Assembly: GCA_963697335.1 (NCBI GenBank)
Contig: CAVONQ010000014.1
Coordinates: forward strand, 125,865-189,864
From: an uncultured cyanobacterium
GTDB lineage: Bacteria; Cyanobacteriota; Cyanobacteriia; PCC-6307; Cyanobiaceae
DNA length: 64,000 nucleotides
Reading direction: 5' to 3'
Notes under the pieces: model-generated
The model's database searches: none
Told to the model about the DNA's origin: nothing
The model's input: the letters and a program-made list of their open reading frames with translations, nothing else
In this document: piece after piece, positions 51,277-64,000 of the stretch
How the letters are laid out: each line of letters opens with the position of its first letter
Position numbering within the stretch: the first letter of the stretch is position 1
Made by a program: the position numbers and the translations under genes

Positions 51277-52197
51277 CTACCAAGACAATCCTGTTCTGCG
51301 CAGCGACCGCACGCTCTTGCGGGCATAGTAATGGCGAAGTTTCGAGCGTAAATTGCTGAAACTATAAAGAATGCAGACAGTATGATCCGGGGATAAAGGC
51401 CTCTGGGTGTTGAAATGCAACTCGATTGCAAAAGTCTGATGAACAAGACCCCAGTACAGCCAGAGGGTTACTCCAAGCCCCAGATCGCAAGCCAGGCCAC
51501 TACGCCAAACCAGATGAGCGATGGCAAGAGCTGAGCTGCTGACGATGGCACCGGAAGCGTTAGTGCTCTTACCAGCTGATTGTGCTTTCTCCAGCTCTCG
51601 ATATCCTTTTTTGTGCCAGCTCGCAGAGCAAAATATCGAGACGCCACACCGATCAGCACCGGCAGCACGATTGAGCTGATAATCACAGGAGAAATGTGAA
51701 AAGTTCTGCGCCTCCCTGATTGATGCCCAATTGGTGCTAGTGATTATGGTTAAGGCACTCAGATACAAAAACCAGAAGAACAAGCCGGTTGCCATGAATC
51801 CCTGAAGGCTCCTTGGACGGGGGAGTGTGAAGATCCTGCGCCAGCGGGGCAGCCGCTGCCAGCCAAGAACATCAGCTTGTGATCGCTTTGCTGCAGCCCT
51901 CCTGTGGCTCAGCAACGGCAGCTCCGCCGCAATCAGATTCAGCTCACCCTGCAATCTTGCCCTCTGTCGGTTGCGTATAGATGATGCTGTCTCTGTGAGC
52001 AGCTCCTTGATTGTTTCCATTCGCTGCCGGTGAAACTCCAGCTTGCTGCGATCGGAACGGCTCTGGATTCCTGCGCTTAGTTTTTCCTGAAGCCCGCTTG
52101 CAATGCCTGCCACCAGTGCAGCGCCCAGTGGCACGAGCACTCCCTGGATCACGCCAGTTTTCAACAGATCAAGCGCCTGATCAGTGTTCATGGGCAT
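51277..52197 (-). CDS. Hypothetical multi-pass membrane protein, probably with indels
   Basis: N-terminal TM plus coiled coil plus TM; the overlapping frame 51468-51686 gives a more plausible middle section. Confidence 0.5.
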   Translation of the reverse strand: MPMNTDQALDLLKTGVIQGVLVPLGAALVAGIASGLQEKLSAGIQSRSDRSKLEFHRQRMETIKELLTETASSIRNRQRARLQGELNLIAAELPLLSHRRAAAKRSQADVLGWQRLPRWRRIFTLPRPRSLQGFMATGLFFWFLYLSALTIITSTNWASIREAQNFSHFSCDYQLNRAAGADRCGVSIFCSASWHKKGYRELEKAQSAGKSTNASGAIVSSSALAIAHLVWRSGLACDLGLGVTLWLYWGLVHQTFAIELHFNTQRPLSPDHTVCILYSFSNLRSKLRHYYARKSVRSLRRTGLSW

Positions 52198-52285
52198 CCC
52201 TTTTAACCGGGCTGCGATTCTCCCACGCCTCTGCGTACAGCCGGCCGCCTATGCACCCTAGGATCGCTGAGAAACGCCTGCAAAC

Positions 52286-52917
52286 CTATTGTGAGGCGTG
52301 GGTGGACAGCCGCCGCAACCTGCGGCGATAGCCGTTCAGCACGCTCAAGGGCAGCAGCTGGGTGGCTGTGAATGGCGTTGGGACGGCGCGGAGGAAGCCG
52401 CCTGTGGAGGCGAGACTTCGGTTTCTTCTGTCAAAAAGACCAAGATTTTGATTGCCACTATTGCAGTAGTCTCCCATCGCATCTTGCCCGGAAATGAAGT
52501 CAACGTTTTGAAAGGGACTGTTCATTAAACCTGTATCTAGTTCAAGGTCGAGGCAGGTGGTTGTGCCAGAAGGACACTGGCCTGTAGCCATACCGAACAC
52601 CAGGCGCTGAGCCGTGGCGTCGTAGTAGCCCGTCATGAAGTTAAAAATCTCAGTGTTGCCGTTGTTAGACGAGAAGTTACCTCGATGCCGTCAAGACTGC
52701 CAGAACCCGTTCCGCCGAGACAATCAAATTCTCCGGTGATCGTTGCTGTTCCTTCCAGTCGAAAGCCCAAAAAGGCTGCTGAGTAAAAATCAGCCGTGAC
52801 ACCAACAAACTGATAAACGATCGCCTCTACGGGCTTTGCAGGCATTAGCACGGTACTCGCAGCAGCTGCGCCCAAGGTCAGCATTATCATGCCGCTGCAC
52901 AGGTCCGGCTTCACCAA
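52286..52917 (-). CDS. Secreted PEP-CTERM-like protein, split by an indel near 52670
   Basis: Signal peptide ending VEA; frame switch gives SNNGNTEIFNFMTGYYD; C-terminus AVPTPFTATQLLPLSVLNGYRRRLRR. Confidence 0.7.
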
Positions 52918-52974
52918 TGGGATACGGGCTGTCCCGACCCCATGTACAGCGGTGCTGCTGGCTCCCTTGGCCGC

Positions 52975-55377
52975 TCACCTGCCATCAATCCACCGCCTTA
53001 GCCTGCGGCCCCAGCGCTTTCGGTTGGGTGCGTTCGGCATCAGCGCACTGAGCCCGCCTCGCCTGGTGGCGGCTGCCTCGCCGTCGCGGTAGTAGGCATA
53101 GGCCGTACCCGGATTGAGCGCCGCTTCCCCGGCTGAGCCCCCATAGCTGCTGGAGCCATAGCCGTAGCCATAAGTGCCCTCCATGCCGACGTTCTCCACC
53201 CGGGCGTTGGAGAGCACCCCCAGCAGCGGCGCCCCGGCGGCCTCGATGCGCTGGATCGCTTCCGCCGGCAGGGCCCGGTCCACCCGGTTGAGGCTCACCA
53301 GCAGCACGATGCCATCGAGGTGCTCCGCCACCAGGGCCGCATCCGCCAGCCCCAGGGCGGGTGGCGTGTCGTAGAGCACCAGGTCGTAGCCGCCCTGGGC
53401 GGCGATGTCGGCCACAAGTTCACCCATCCGCGCCGAACTCAGCAGCCGCGGCGGGTCCGGCGGCCGACGCCCTGCCGTGATCACATCCCAGTTGGGGTAG
53501 TCGGGCACGGTCTGCAGCACGTCGCGCCAGCGGCTGCCCTCCTCGGTGAGCAGGTTGCTCAGGCCCGAGAGGTTGTCGAGCCCCAGGCGGTGGTGCATCT
53601 GCGGCTTGCGCAGGTCGGCATCCACCAGCAGCACCTTGCGGCCCAGCTCATGCATCGTCTTGGCCAGCAGCACGATCGCCAGGCTCTTGCCCTCGGAGGG
53701 CTGGGAGCTGCTCAGCGCCAGTGAACGCACGGGCGTTTCGGTGCTCAGGAACCGCAGGCTGGTGTAGAGGTTGCGGAAGGCCTCCTGGTAATGGAAGCGC
53801 TGGTAGCGCGCCACGCCGCTCTGCTGGTTGTCGAGGTCCTGGAGCAGGAAGCGCTTCTCGGCCCGCACCCCCTCGAAGAAGGCGATGTAGGGGATGTGGC
53901 CGAGCAGGGGCTTCTTCAGCTCGTCGCGCACCTCGCCCGGGCTGTGGAACACGTGATCCAGCCGGTCGCGCAGCAGCGCCACCCCGGCACCGGACACCAG
54001 GCCGAGCAGCAGGCCCTGCAGCAGGCCTCGCCCCAGCTGGGGCTCCACGGGATTGGGGTTGACCACCGAGGGCGCGATCACCTTCCAGGGCACGTTGTTC
54101 TGGGCGATCTCCAGCCGGAACTGCTCCCGCGTGCTCTGGTAGCTGGCCAGATTGGCCTGGGCCACTTCGAGTTGCCGCTGCAGGTCGTCGTACTGCCGCA
54201 GCAGCCCTGGCTGGCGCTCGAAGCGGCCCTCCAGCTGCTGCTCCTTGGCCTGGTTCATGGCCATGGCGCCATCCAGCTTCTGGATCGCCGCATCCACGGC
54301 CTCCAGCTCCTTGCGCTGCACCTGCGGCCGCAGCTGGTCGCGCGCCGCCAGCAGGTTGCGCAGGAACGGTGAGGAGGGCTGGAAGGTGGCCTGGGCCGAG
54401 GCGATCTGTTTCTCGATGTCGCTGAGCTGCTCCAGCAGGGCCTGATCCGGCAGGGTCACCAGCACGTTGGTGGCCGGGCCGCTCTGGGCGCCAGCCTGGG
54501 CTCCACTGCCACTGCCGCTGCCGCTGGCACTGCCACTGCTGAAGTCCCGCAGGCTGAGGCGTCCCGCCGCCACGTCGCTGCGCAGGCGCAGCAGTTGCTC
54601 CCGCTCCGCCTGCTGACTGGCCATCCCGGAGCGCAGCTCACCCACCTGCTCCCGCACCGCCGTGGCCTCCTGCTCCGGCAGCAGCACCCGGTTGGCGCGG
54701 CGGAAGGCCTCCACCTGGTTCTGCAGATTGCGAAAGCGCTCCTGCAGGGCCGGCGCCTGCTCATCGAGGAAGCGCACCCCCTCACTGAGCTTCTCGCGCC
54801 GTTGCTGCAACGACCAGTTCAGGTAGGCCTTCTCCGTGAGCGAAAGGGCGCGGCCCACCAGCTCCGGATCACTGCCGCGGGCATTCACCGCCAGCACCCC
54901 GGCCGCCAGCACCCCGGGGGCATTGCCCCCCGCCGGCACCAGCGACACCGACACCCCCGGCATGGGCCTGTCCGGGTTGCTCTTCTGCAGCTGCTCGTAG
55001 ACCGGAGCCAGCACCGCCGGACTCTCCAGCACCCGCATCAGCGTGGGCACATCCAGACGGCTCTCATTGAGCGCCACCGAGGCGATGTCGGTGCCGCCGC
55101 CACCGCCGCCTGAGCGCGGCTGGTTGATCGGATCGCTGATCAGCAGGGTGAACCCGCCCTGAAACACGGGCGCATTCAACCGTTGCCACACGGTTCGTGC
55201 GCCGAACACCGCCGTGACCAGCACCACCGTGATCAGGAAGGGCCGCCGCCGACGCCGCAGCACCCTCAGCAGATTGCCAGGACGGAAACCGGCTTCCTCG
55301 GCATCCCCGCCCCCCGGCAGCGGCAGAGCGACCACGCGCGCCTGTGGCAGGCCCGAAGGCGGTGAGCCGCTGCTCAT
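52975..55377 (-). CDS. wzc: Wzc-type polysaccharide co-polymerase / tyrosine autokinase
   Basis: SSQPSEGKS, LLVDADLRKP, LYDTPP, Tyr cluster TYGYGYGSSSYG...AYAYY. Confidence 0.93.
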   Translation of the reverse strand: MSSGSPPSGLPQARVVALPLPGGGDAEEAGFRPGNLLRVLRRRRRPFLITVVLVTAVFGARTVWQRLNAPVFQGGFTLLISDPINQPRSGGGGGGTDIASVALNESRLDVPTLMRVLESPAVLAPVYEQLQKSNPDRPMPGVSVSLVPAGGNAPGVLAAGVLAVNARGSDPELVGRALSLTEKAYLNWSLQQRREKLSEGVRFLDEQAPALQERFRNLQNQVEAFRRANRVLLPEQEATAVREQVGELRSGMASQQAEREQLLRLRSDVAAGRLSLRDFSSGSASGSGSGSGAQAGAQSGPATNVLVTLPDQALLEQLSDIEKQIASAQATFQPSSPFLRNLLAARDQLRPQVQRKELEAVDAAIQKLDGAMAMNQAKEQQLEGRFERQPGLLRQYDDLQRQLEVAQANLASYQSTREQFRLEIAQNNVPWKVIAPSVVNPNPVEPQLGRGLLQGLLLGLVSGAGVALLRDRLDHVFHSPGEVRDELKKPLLGHIPYIAFFEGVRAEKRFLLQDLDNQQSGVARYQRFHYQEAFRNLYTSLRFLSTETPVRSLALSSSQPSEGKSLAIVLLAKTMHELGRKVLLVDADLRKPQMHHRLGLDNLSGLSNLLTEEGSRWRDVLQTVPDYPNWDVITAGRRPPDPPRLLSSARMGELVADIAAQGGYDLVLYDTPPALGLADAALVAEHLDGIVLLVSLNRVDRALPAEAIQRIEAAGAPLLGVLSNARVENVGMEGTYGYGYGSSSYGGSAGEAALNPGTAYAYYRDGEAAATRRGGLSALMPNAPNRKRWGRRLRRWIDGR

Positions 55378-55450
55378 GGGTTCAGGGAGATGGGGTGATT
55401 GTATGGGTGTTGAGGTGGCGGTGCCCGCCCTTCGTCCCTAGGTTGCGCCG

Positions 55451-56254
55451 GTGATGGACTTCAGCCCCCGTCGGGCCCGCACCCTGGCGCGTCTGAGCGC
55501 CTATTCCCTGCTGGCCACGTTTCTGCTCACGCTGGCTGGGGGCTGGTTGCCCGTGCCTCTGGGTGACGATCAGCGCGTGTTCTCGCTGCTGGCCGAGCTG
55601 ATCGCCAACTCCACCGTGCCGGTGGTGGCACTCTTCCTGCTCTTCTATGGCCTCACCGGCCAGGGACTGCCCGCCCTCTGGGAGTGGCGGCTGCTGCGCC
55701 TGCTGCGTCCGCTGCTGCAACTGGCGGCGCTGCTCTACCTGCTCACCGCCCTGGCCTTGGTTGGGGTAGTCCTGCGGGTGGAAAGCGCCGGGGCCGCACG
55801 CCTTGATGCTGAGTTGCAGAACGGTCTGGCCGGGCTGGAGCGACTACGGCAGGCCGTGCAGAGCGCCCCCGATGCTGCGGCCCTCCAACAGCTCCTGGCC
55901 AGCCAACCGGGTCTGCTGGAGGCCCTCGATGTGGGCCTGCCTGCCGGGGAAGGGTCGGCTCCAGCCGCCAAAGGCACCTCCCTGGCTGATCGCCAGCGCC
56001 AGGCCTCCCAGTTGCTGGATCGTGCCGAGGCCAGCCTGGTCTCCCAGACCACCCGCCGCCGGGCCGATGCCAGCGGCAACCTCAACCGCCAGGCGCTGCG
56101 GCTGGGGTTGAGCGCGCTGGTGTATGCCCTCTTCCATCTGGCCGCCTCCCTGCTGTGGCCCCGTTCCCTGCTCGACACCCGTGAGCGCATCCTCGAGGCC
56201 CGCGCTGCCCGGTTGGCGGAGGAGGACGAGGCGCCACCCGCCGAACTGACGTGA
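55451..56254 (+). CDS. HpsJ-like membrane protein (cyanoexosortase-associated)
   Basis: Three N-terminal TMs including ELIANSTVPVVALFLLFYG, coiled-coil loop, C-terminal TM; first gene of the exosortase operon. Confidence 0.7.
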   Translation: MMDFSPRRARTLARLSAYSLLATFLLTLAGGWLPVPLGDDQRVFSLLAELIANSTVPVVALFLLFYGLTGQGLPALWEWRLLRLLRPLLQLAALLYLLTALALVGVVLRVESAGAARLDAELQNGLAGLERLRQAVQSAPDAAALQQLLASQPGLLEALDVGLPAGEGSAPAAKGTSLADRQRQASQLLDRAEASLVSQTTRRRADASGNLNRQALRLGLSALVYALFHLAASLLWPRSLLDTRERILEARAARLAEEDEAPPAELT

Positions 56255-57152
56255 AGGGGATGCTGCGGCAGGAATCCCAACCCCGGCTGGAGCGCTGGAG
56301 CCGGCTGGCGCTGCTGGCCGGCCTGGCCTCCAGCCAGCTCAGCCTCGCCGCCCGCGCGGGGGTGGGGGATTTCACGATCATGGCCGCGCTCTCCTGGCTG
56401 GCCGGGGGCCTGCTGCTGATGGAGCGCGAAGAGGAGGGGGCTGCCTGCGCCCCTGGCTCCGTGGCGGCCGGCGTTGGTGGGCCGGCGTGCTGGCCCTGCT
56501 CTGGTGCCTGCTGGTGCTCAGCTTCGCCGGCCGACTCCACGATCCACTGTTCTGGCTTCTGCCGCTGCTGGCCTTGCCAGGGCTGGCCCTGGTCAGCGGC
56601 CTGGGCTGGCGGACGCCGCTGCTGCAGCAGCTGGTGGTGCTCGGCCTGCTGCTGCCGGCCCAGGGGCTCTTCAACTGGGCCGTGCCCGTTGCGCCCCTCG
56701 CCCGTGTCACCGCCCGGGTGAGCGCCCAGCTGCTCTGGCTGGTGGGCCAGCCCGCCTATGCCCAGGCCGATCGCATCGTGATGACCACCCAGGTGCTGCT
56801 GGTGGATGGCTCCTGCACGGGCCGCAGCACCATCGCCTTCAGCCTGGCCACGCTGGTGGCACTGCTGATCCTGCTTCCCCTGCCCCGCCGCGGTCGCGGT
56901 GGGGCCATCGCGGGCCTGGCCGCAGTCACCCTCGCCGGGGTGTTCCTGCTGAATGGTGTGCGCATCGCCCTGCTGGCCTTCACCGTGCGCGATCCCGGCC
57001 CTGGGCCGCTGGCTGCCCTGCGGGGCTTTGAGTTCTGGCATAGCGGCCCCGGCTCCCAGCTGTTTTCCCTCGCCGCCAGCAGCCTGGTGTGCGCCAGCTA
57101 TGTGCTGCTGCTCGAGTGGTGGCTGCGCCACCAGCGCCCCGCGACGCGATGA
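56251..57152 (+). CDS. Exosortase-family transpeptidase (cyanoexosortase A-like), split at a G run
   Basis: Catalytic-type residues VDGSCTG, NGVRIALL, FEFWHSGPGSQLFS; G5 to G6 at 56436-56440 fuses ORFs 56251 and 56487. Confidence 0.82.
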
Positions 57153-57692
57153 ACCCGCCGCCCGTCCTTCTCAAGCAGCGGCGGCGCCTGGTGCTTCTTG
57201 GCCTGGCTGCCTGGGCGTCGGTGCTAGCGCTGGAATCCCTGCTGCGCCCGCCTGGCTTCGCCCCGGCCGGGGCCCTGCCGCAGAGCTTGCGGCTCGGTGG
57301 GGTGTTGCAGCAGCGCCGTCCTGCCCCGGCACTGAAGCAAGCACGGCCCCAGCTGGAGCTGCCCCCTGGTGTGGTGGAGCTGTCCGCAGCACGCTATGGC
57401 CCACACGAGGTGCGGCTGCTCGGCAACACACGCAGCGGGGCCAGCGGCGTGATCCCCGTGGAGGCCATCAACAGGCTGCTCGCTGACTCGCCCAAGGGAG
57501 GCCTGTGCCTGGTGGTGGATCGGGATGGCGCGGTGCAAGGCCAGCTCGCCAGCAACGCCGACTGGGCCGCCTGGCGCCGTGCCCACCCGCCTTCCTCCAA
57601 CCCAGACGCTCGCCTGGTTGGCTGGCCTGCAGCCCCGCCAGGCGAACCTCTGCCTCTGGACGAGCAGAGATGCGGTGGCGACACCGGAGTGA
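57149..57692 (+). CDS. Cyanoexosortase-associated protein (indel near 57600)
   Basis: ATGA-coupled to the exosortase; N-terminal TM; alternate frame gives QTLAWLAGLQPRQANLCLW...*. Confidence 0.62.
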
Positions 57693-57712
57693 CCGGAGTG
57701 ATTAATCCAGAC

Positions 57713-57737
57713 AAAAAAAGGCCACCCAAGGGTGGCC
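57713..57737 (-). terminator. Rho-independent terminator of the rRNA operon
   Basis: Minus strand GGCCACCC-TT-GGGTGGCC followed by T7. Confidence 0.9.
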
Positions 57738-57771
57738 GTTTCTGCATCAGAGCAGAGCACAAAAAGTTTTA

Positions 57772-57888
57772 CCTGGCATCGACCTATTTTCTCAGGGGGC
57801 TTCCCCCCAACTATCGTCGGCGCTGCAGCGTTTCACAACCGAGTTCGAGATGGATCGGTGTGGTTCCACTGCGCCATGGACACCAGGA
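57772..57888 (-). rRNA. rrf: 5S rRNA
   Basis: TCCTGGTGTCCATGGCGCAGTGGAACCACACCGATCCATCTCGAACTCGGTTGTGAAAC...GCCAGG. Confidence 0.97.
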
Positions 57889-58061
57889 TAGAAGGCTGTG
57901 TTGAACTGATCTCAGGAGATCAAGTTCAATTCAGTCTTCTGCTTTTTGTCTTGCTCTCAGGTTGAACCCTGAGAACTGCATAGGTTAGACCAGCTCCAGA
58001 CAACCTTGACGGCCATCCCTTGCTGATCCTCTGGAAACAAGCTGTTAAGAGCTTGAGGTTA

Positions 58062-60947
<2,886 letters not shown>

Positions 60948-61421
60948 ATTAAATCTTCCAGTGCTTCAGGCTGTTGAGGCCTATTCTCTCAACATTCAAT
61001 CGCTCCCTTTCGGCAGCAACGGAATGAAGGATCAAACTCCTCACCCCTCGGCGGGGCTAGAAGAACACTGGAAGTTCTCGGCTCTTAACTTCATAGAATT
61101 GTTTTGATTCCATTGGGGCTTTTCGGCCCTGTCTGAAATCAAACATCCATGAGATGCTTTATTTCCAGATTCACCTATGCAGTTGTCAAGGTTCTTCGCC
61201 AAACCCTCAGTAAGTAGAATCAACTACTCACCGTGAGTCCAGCATCATGCCATCATCTAAAATGATTGCGGCATGGGGCTGGAGTCGCGCTTGGGCTGAC
61301 ACCAATATCGGTTTACCGATACCGTCTTGTTACCGATACAGTCTTGGTCACGTCTCCCTCAGGACTGATCTCCTGTTTCTGAGAACTACTCTGAGAATTG
61401 ATCCGAGAACCTACAGTTGAA

Positions 61422-61494
61422 TGGAGGTTAGCGGACTCGAACCGCTGACATCCTGCTTGCAAAGCAGGCGCTCTACCAACTGAGCTAAACCCCC
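61422..61494 (-). tRNA. tRNA-Ala(TGC)
   Basis: GGGGGTTTAGCTCAGTTGGTAGAGCGCCTGCTTTGCAAGCAGG...CCTCCA. Confidence 0.97.
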
Positions 61495-61503
61495 AGACAT
61501 GAA

Positions 61504-61577
<74 letters not shown>

Positions 61578-61896
61578 AGGAGATTTCCAAACCGATCACT
61601 CGATTTGGGCTTACCCTCAGGGGGGTGACCTAGACAACGTTTAGGAACTGAAAAAGACATCACGCTCTCCCAAACCACCACACATCAGCCATAAATTCAC
61701 CTGGTCTCAACTCACCTTGCGGTGTGCTGATCCCTTGCAAAAGCCTGGCTTCTCTGCTTGATCTGTTCTGCGCTTGCCTCCTTGAGGTACCGATCGACCT
61801 TCGAGATGACAGGACCATGGCCTAAGATTAATGTTGCCTCACTAACATAAAGTTAGCTCAGCACTCAGACATCATGATCAGTGATTGTCTCCCTGT

Positions 61897-63381
<1,485 letters not shown>

Positions 63382-64000
63382 AGACCGGTCCTTTAAAATA
63401 AATAAGATTGCTCTTACCTATCCTCAACGCGGCTTGCTTGCTCCCAAGATTTAATACTAAAGTCCGAATTGATGCCGAAGCATCAACTCATTCCACCGCA
63501 TCAACCTCAGTTGCTTGCCCCATTCGGTAAAATGGTTTCAAAGAGTGCACCGTGGAAACATAAACTTTCGTTCATCTCTCCCCTGTGACTTTCCCAGATC
63601 TCAGATCCGGTTCGCTCCCAGCATCAAACTGCCTTTCAACAACATGTTCACTCGTGAGAAGCAAGCACATCATCAACAGCTCAATACCAGTTGCTATTGT
63701 TTTTTGACGGGACCTCACACCTTCACTGCTCTTTCGTTAACACTTCCTAAAAGCTCTCACCTACGCCTCGCCCTTTCACAGGCTCAGCTCGGCAAAACAC
63801 CCTTAAGAAGCCCTAACGCAGTGAAAGCGTCAGTTCCTAAACGTTTCGGTTGTCCAGGTTCTGCTACCTCCACTCCCGCTTCCGGAAGCTCTCGGTGGCT
63901 GTCGCCTCGCAGCGACCAGAGAAACCTACAGCACCGAAGGGCCGCTCTCGCGGACGCTCTCCAAACTCTGTAAGCCTGCTCCTCTCGGATCTGGCCTCGC

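Noticed and set aside
57089..57904. ORF running into the 5S rRNA
   Set aside because: An indel near 57600 diverts it; the alternate frame ends at 57692.

Overview
GC-rich genomic DNA of a unicellular picocyanobacterium, probably Cyanobium/Synechococcus-like (psaE, cyanobacterial 16S/23S, a tRNA-Ile/tRNA-Ala ITS, GCGATCGC HIP1 sites). Four blocks. (1) 1-7426: a surface-polysaccharide export block (Wzx flippase, WcaJ-like initiating transferase, a Wzc kinase lacking a Tyr tail, an OPX/Wza protein, a coupled unknown gene). (2) 7434-18305: intact core genes (miaE, aroQ, tRNA-Tyr, tRNA-Thr, methyltransferase, aldehyde dehydrogenase, LysM protein, recQ, psaE, mutM, mtnB, mtnC). (3) 18353-57692: a ~39 kb mosaic glycan/cell-surface island. 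It holds a putative outer-membrane beta-barrel, a second OPX, a dual-specificity phosphatase, sugar amino-, acetyl-, methyl- and amido-transferases, an MsbA/PglK/HepA-type ABC transporter and about 14 glycosyltransferase genes or domains. It also holds a Wzy/ligase-like membrane protein, a Phd-VapC toxin-antitoxin pair, a permuted papain-like amidase cassette, a second Wzc with a Tyr tail, and an HpsJ-cyanoexosortase-partner operon. Two secreted proteins there carry atypical PEP-CTERM-like signals (VPVAP, VPTP). (4) 57713-64000: a complete rRNA operon on the minus strand. Many island genes are broken by single-base indels, often in G runs, while core genes are intact; sequencing error is the most likely cause. 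All family calls come from motif recognition by eye, with no database search.
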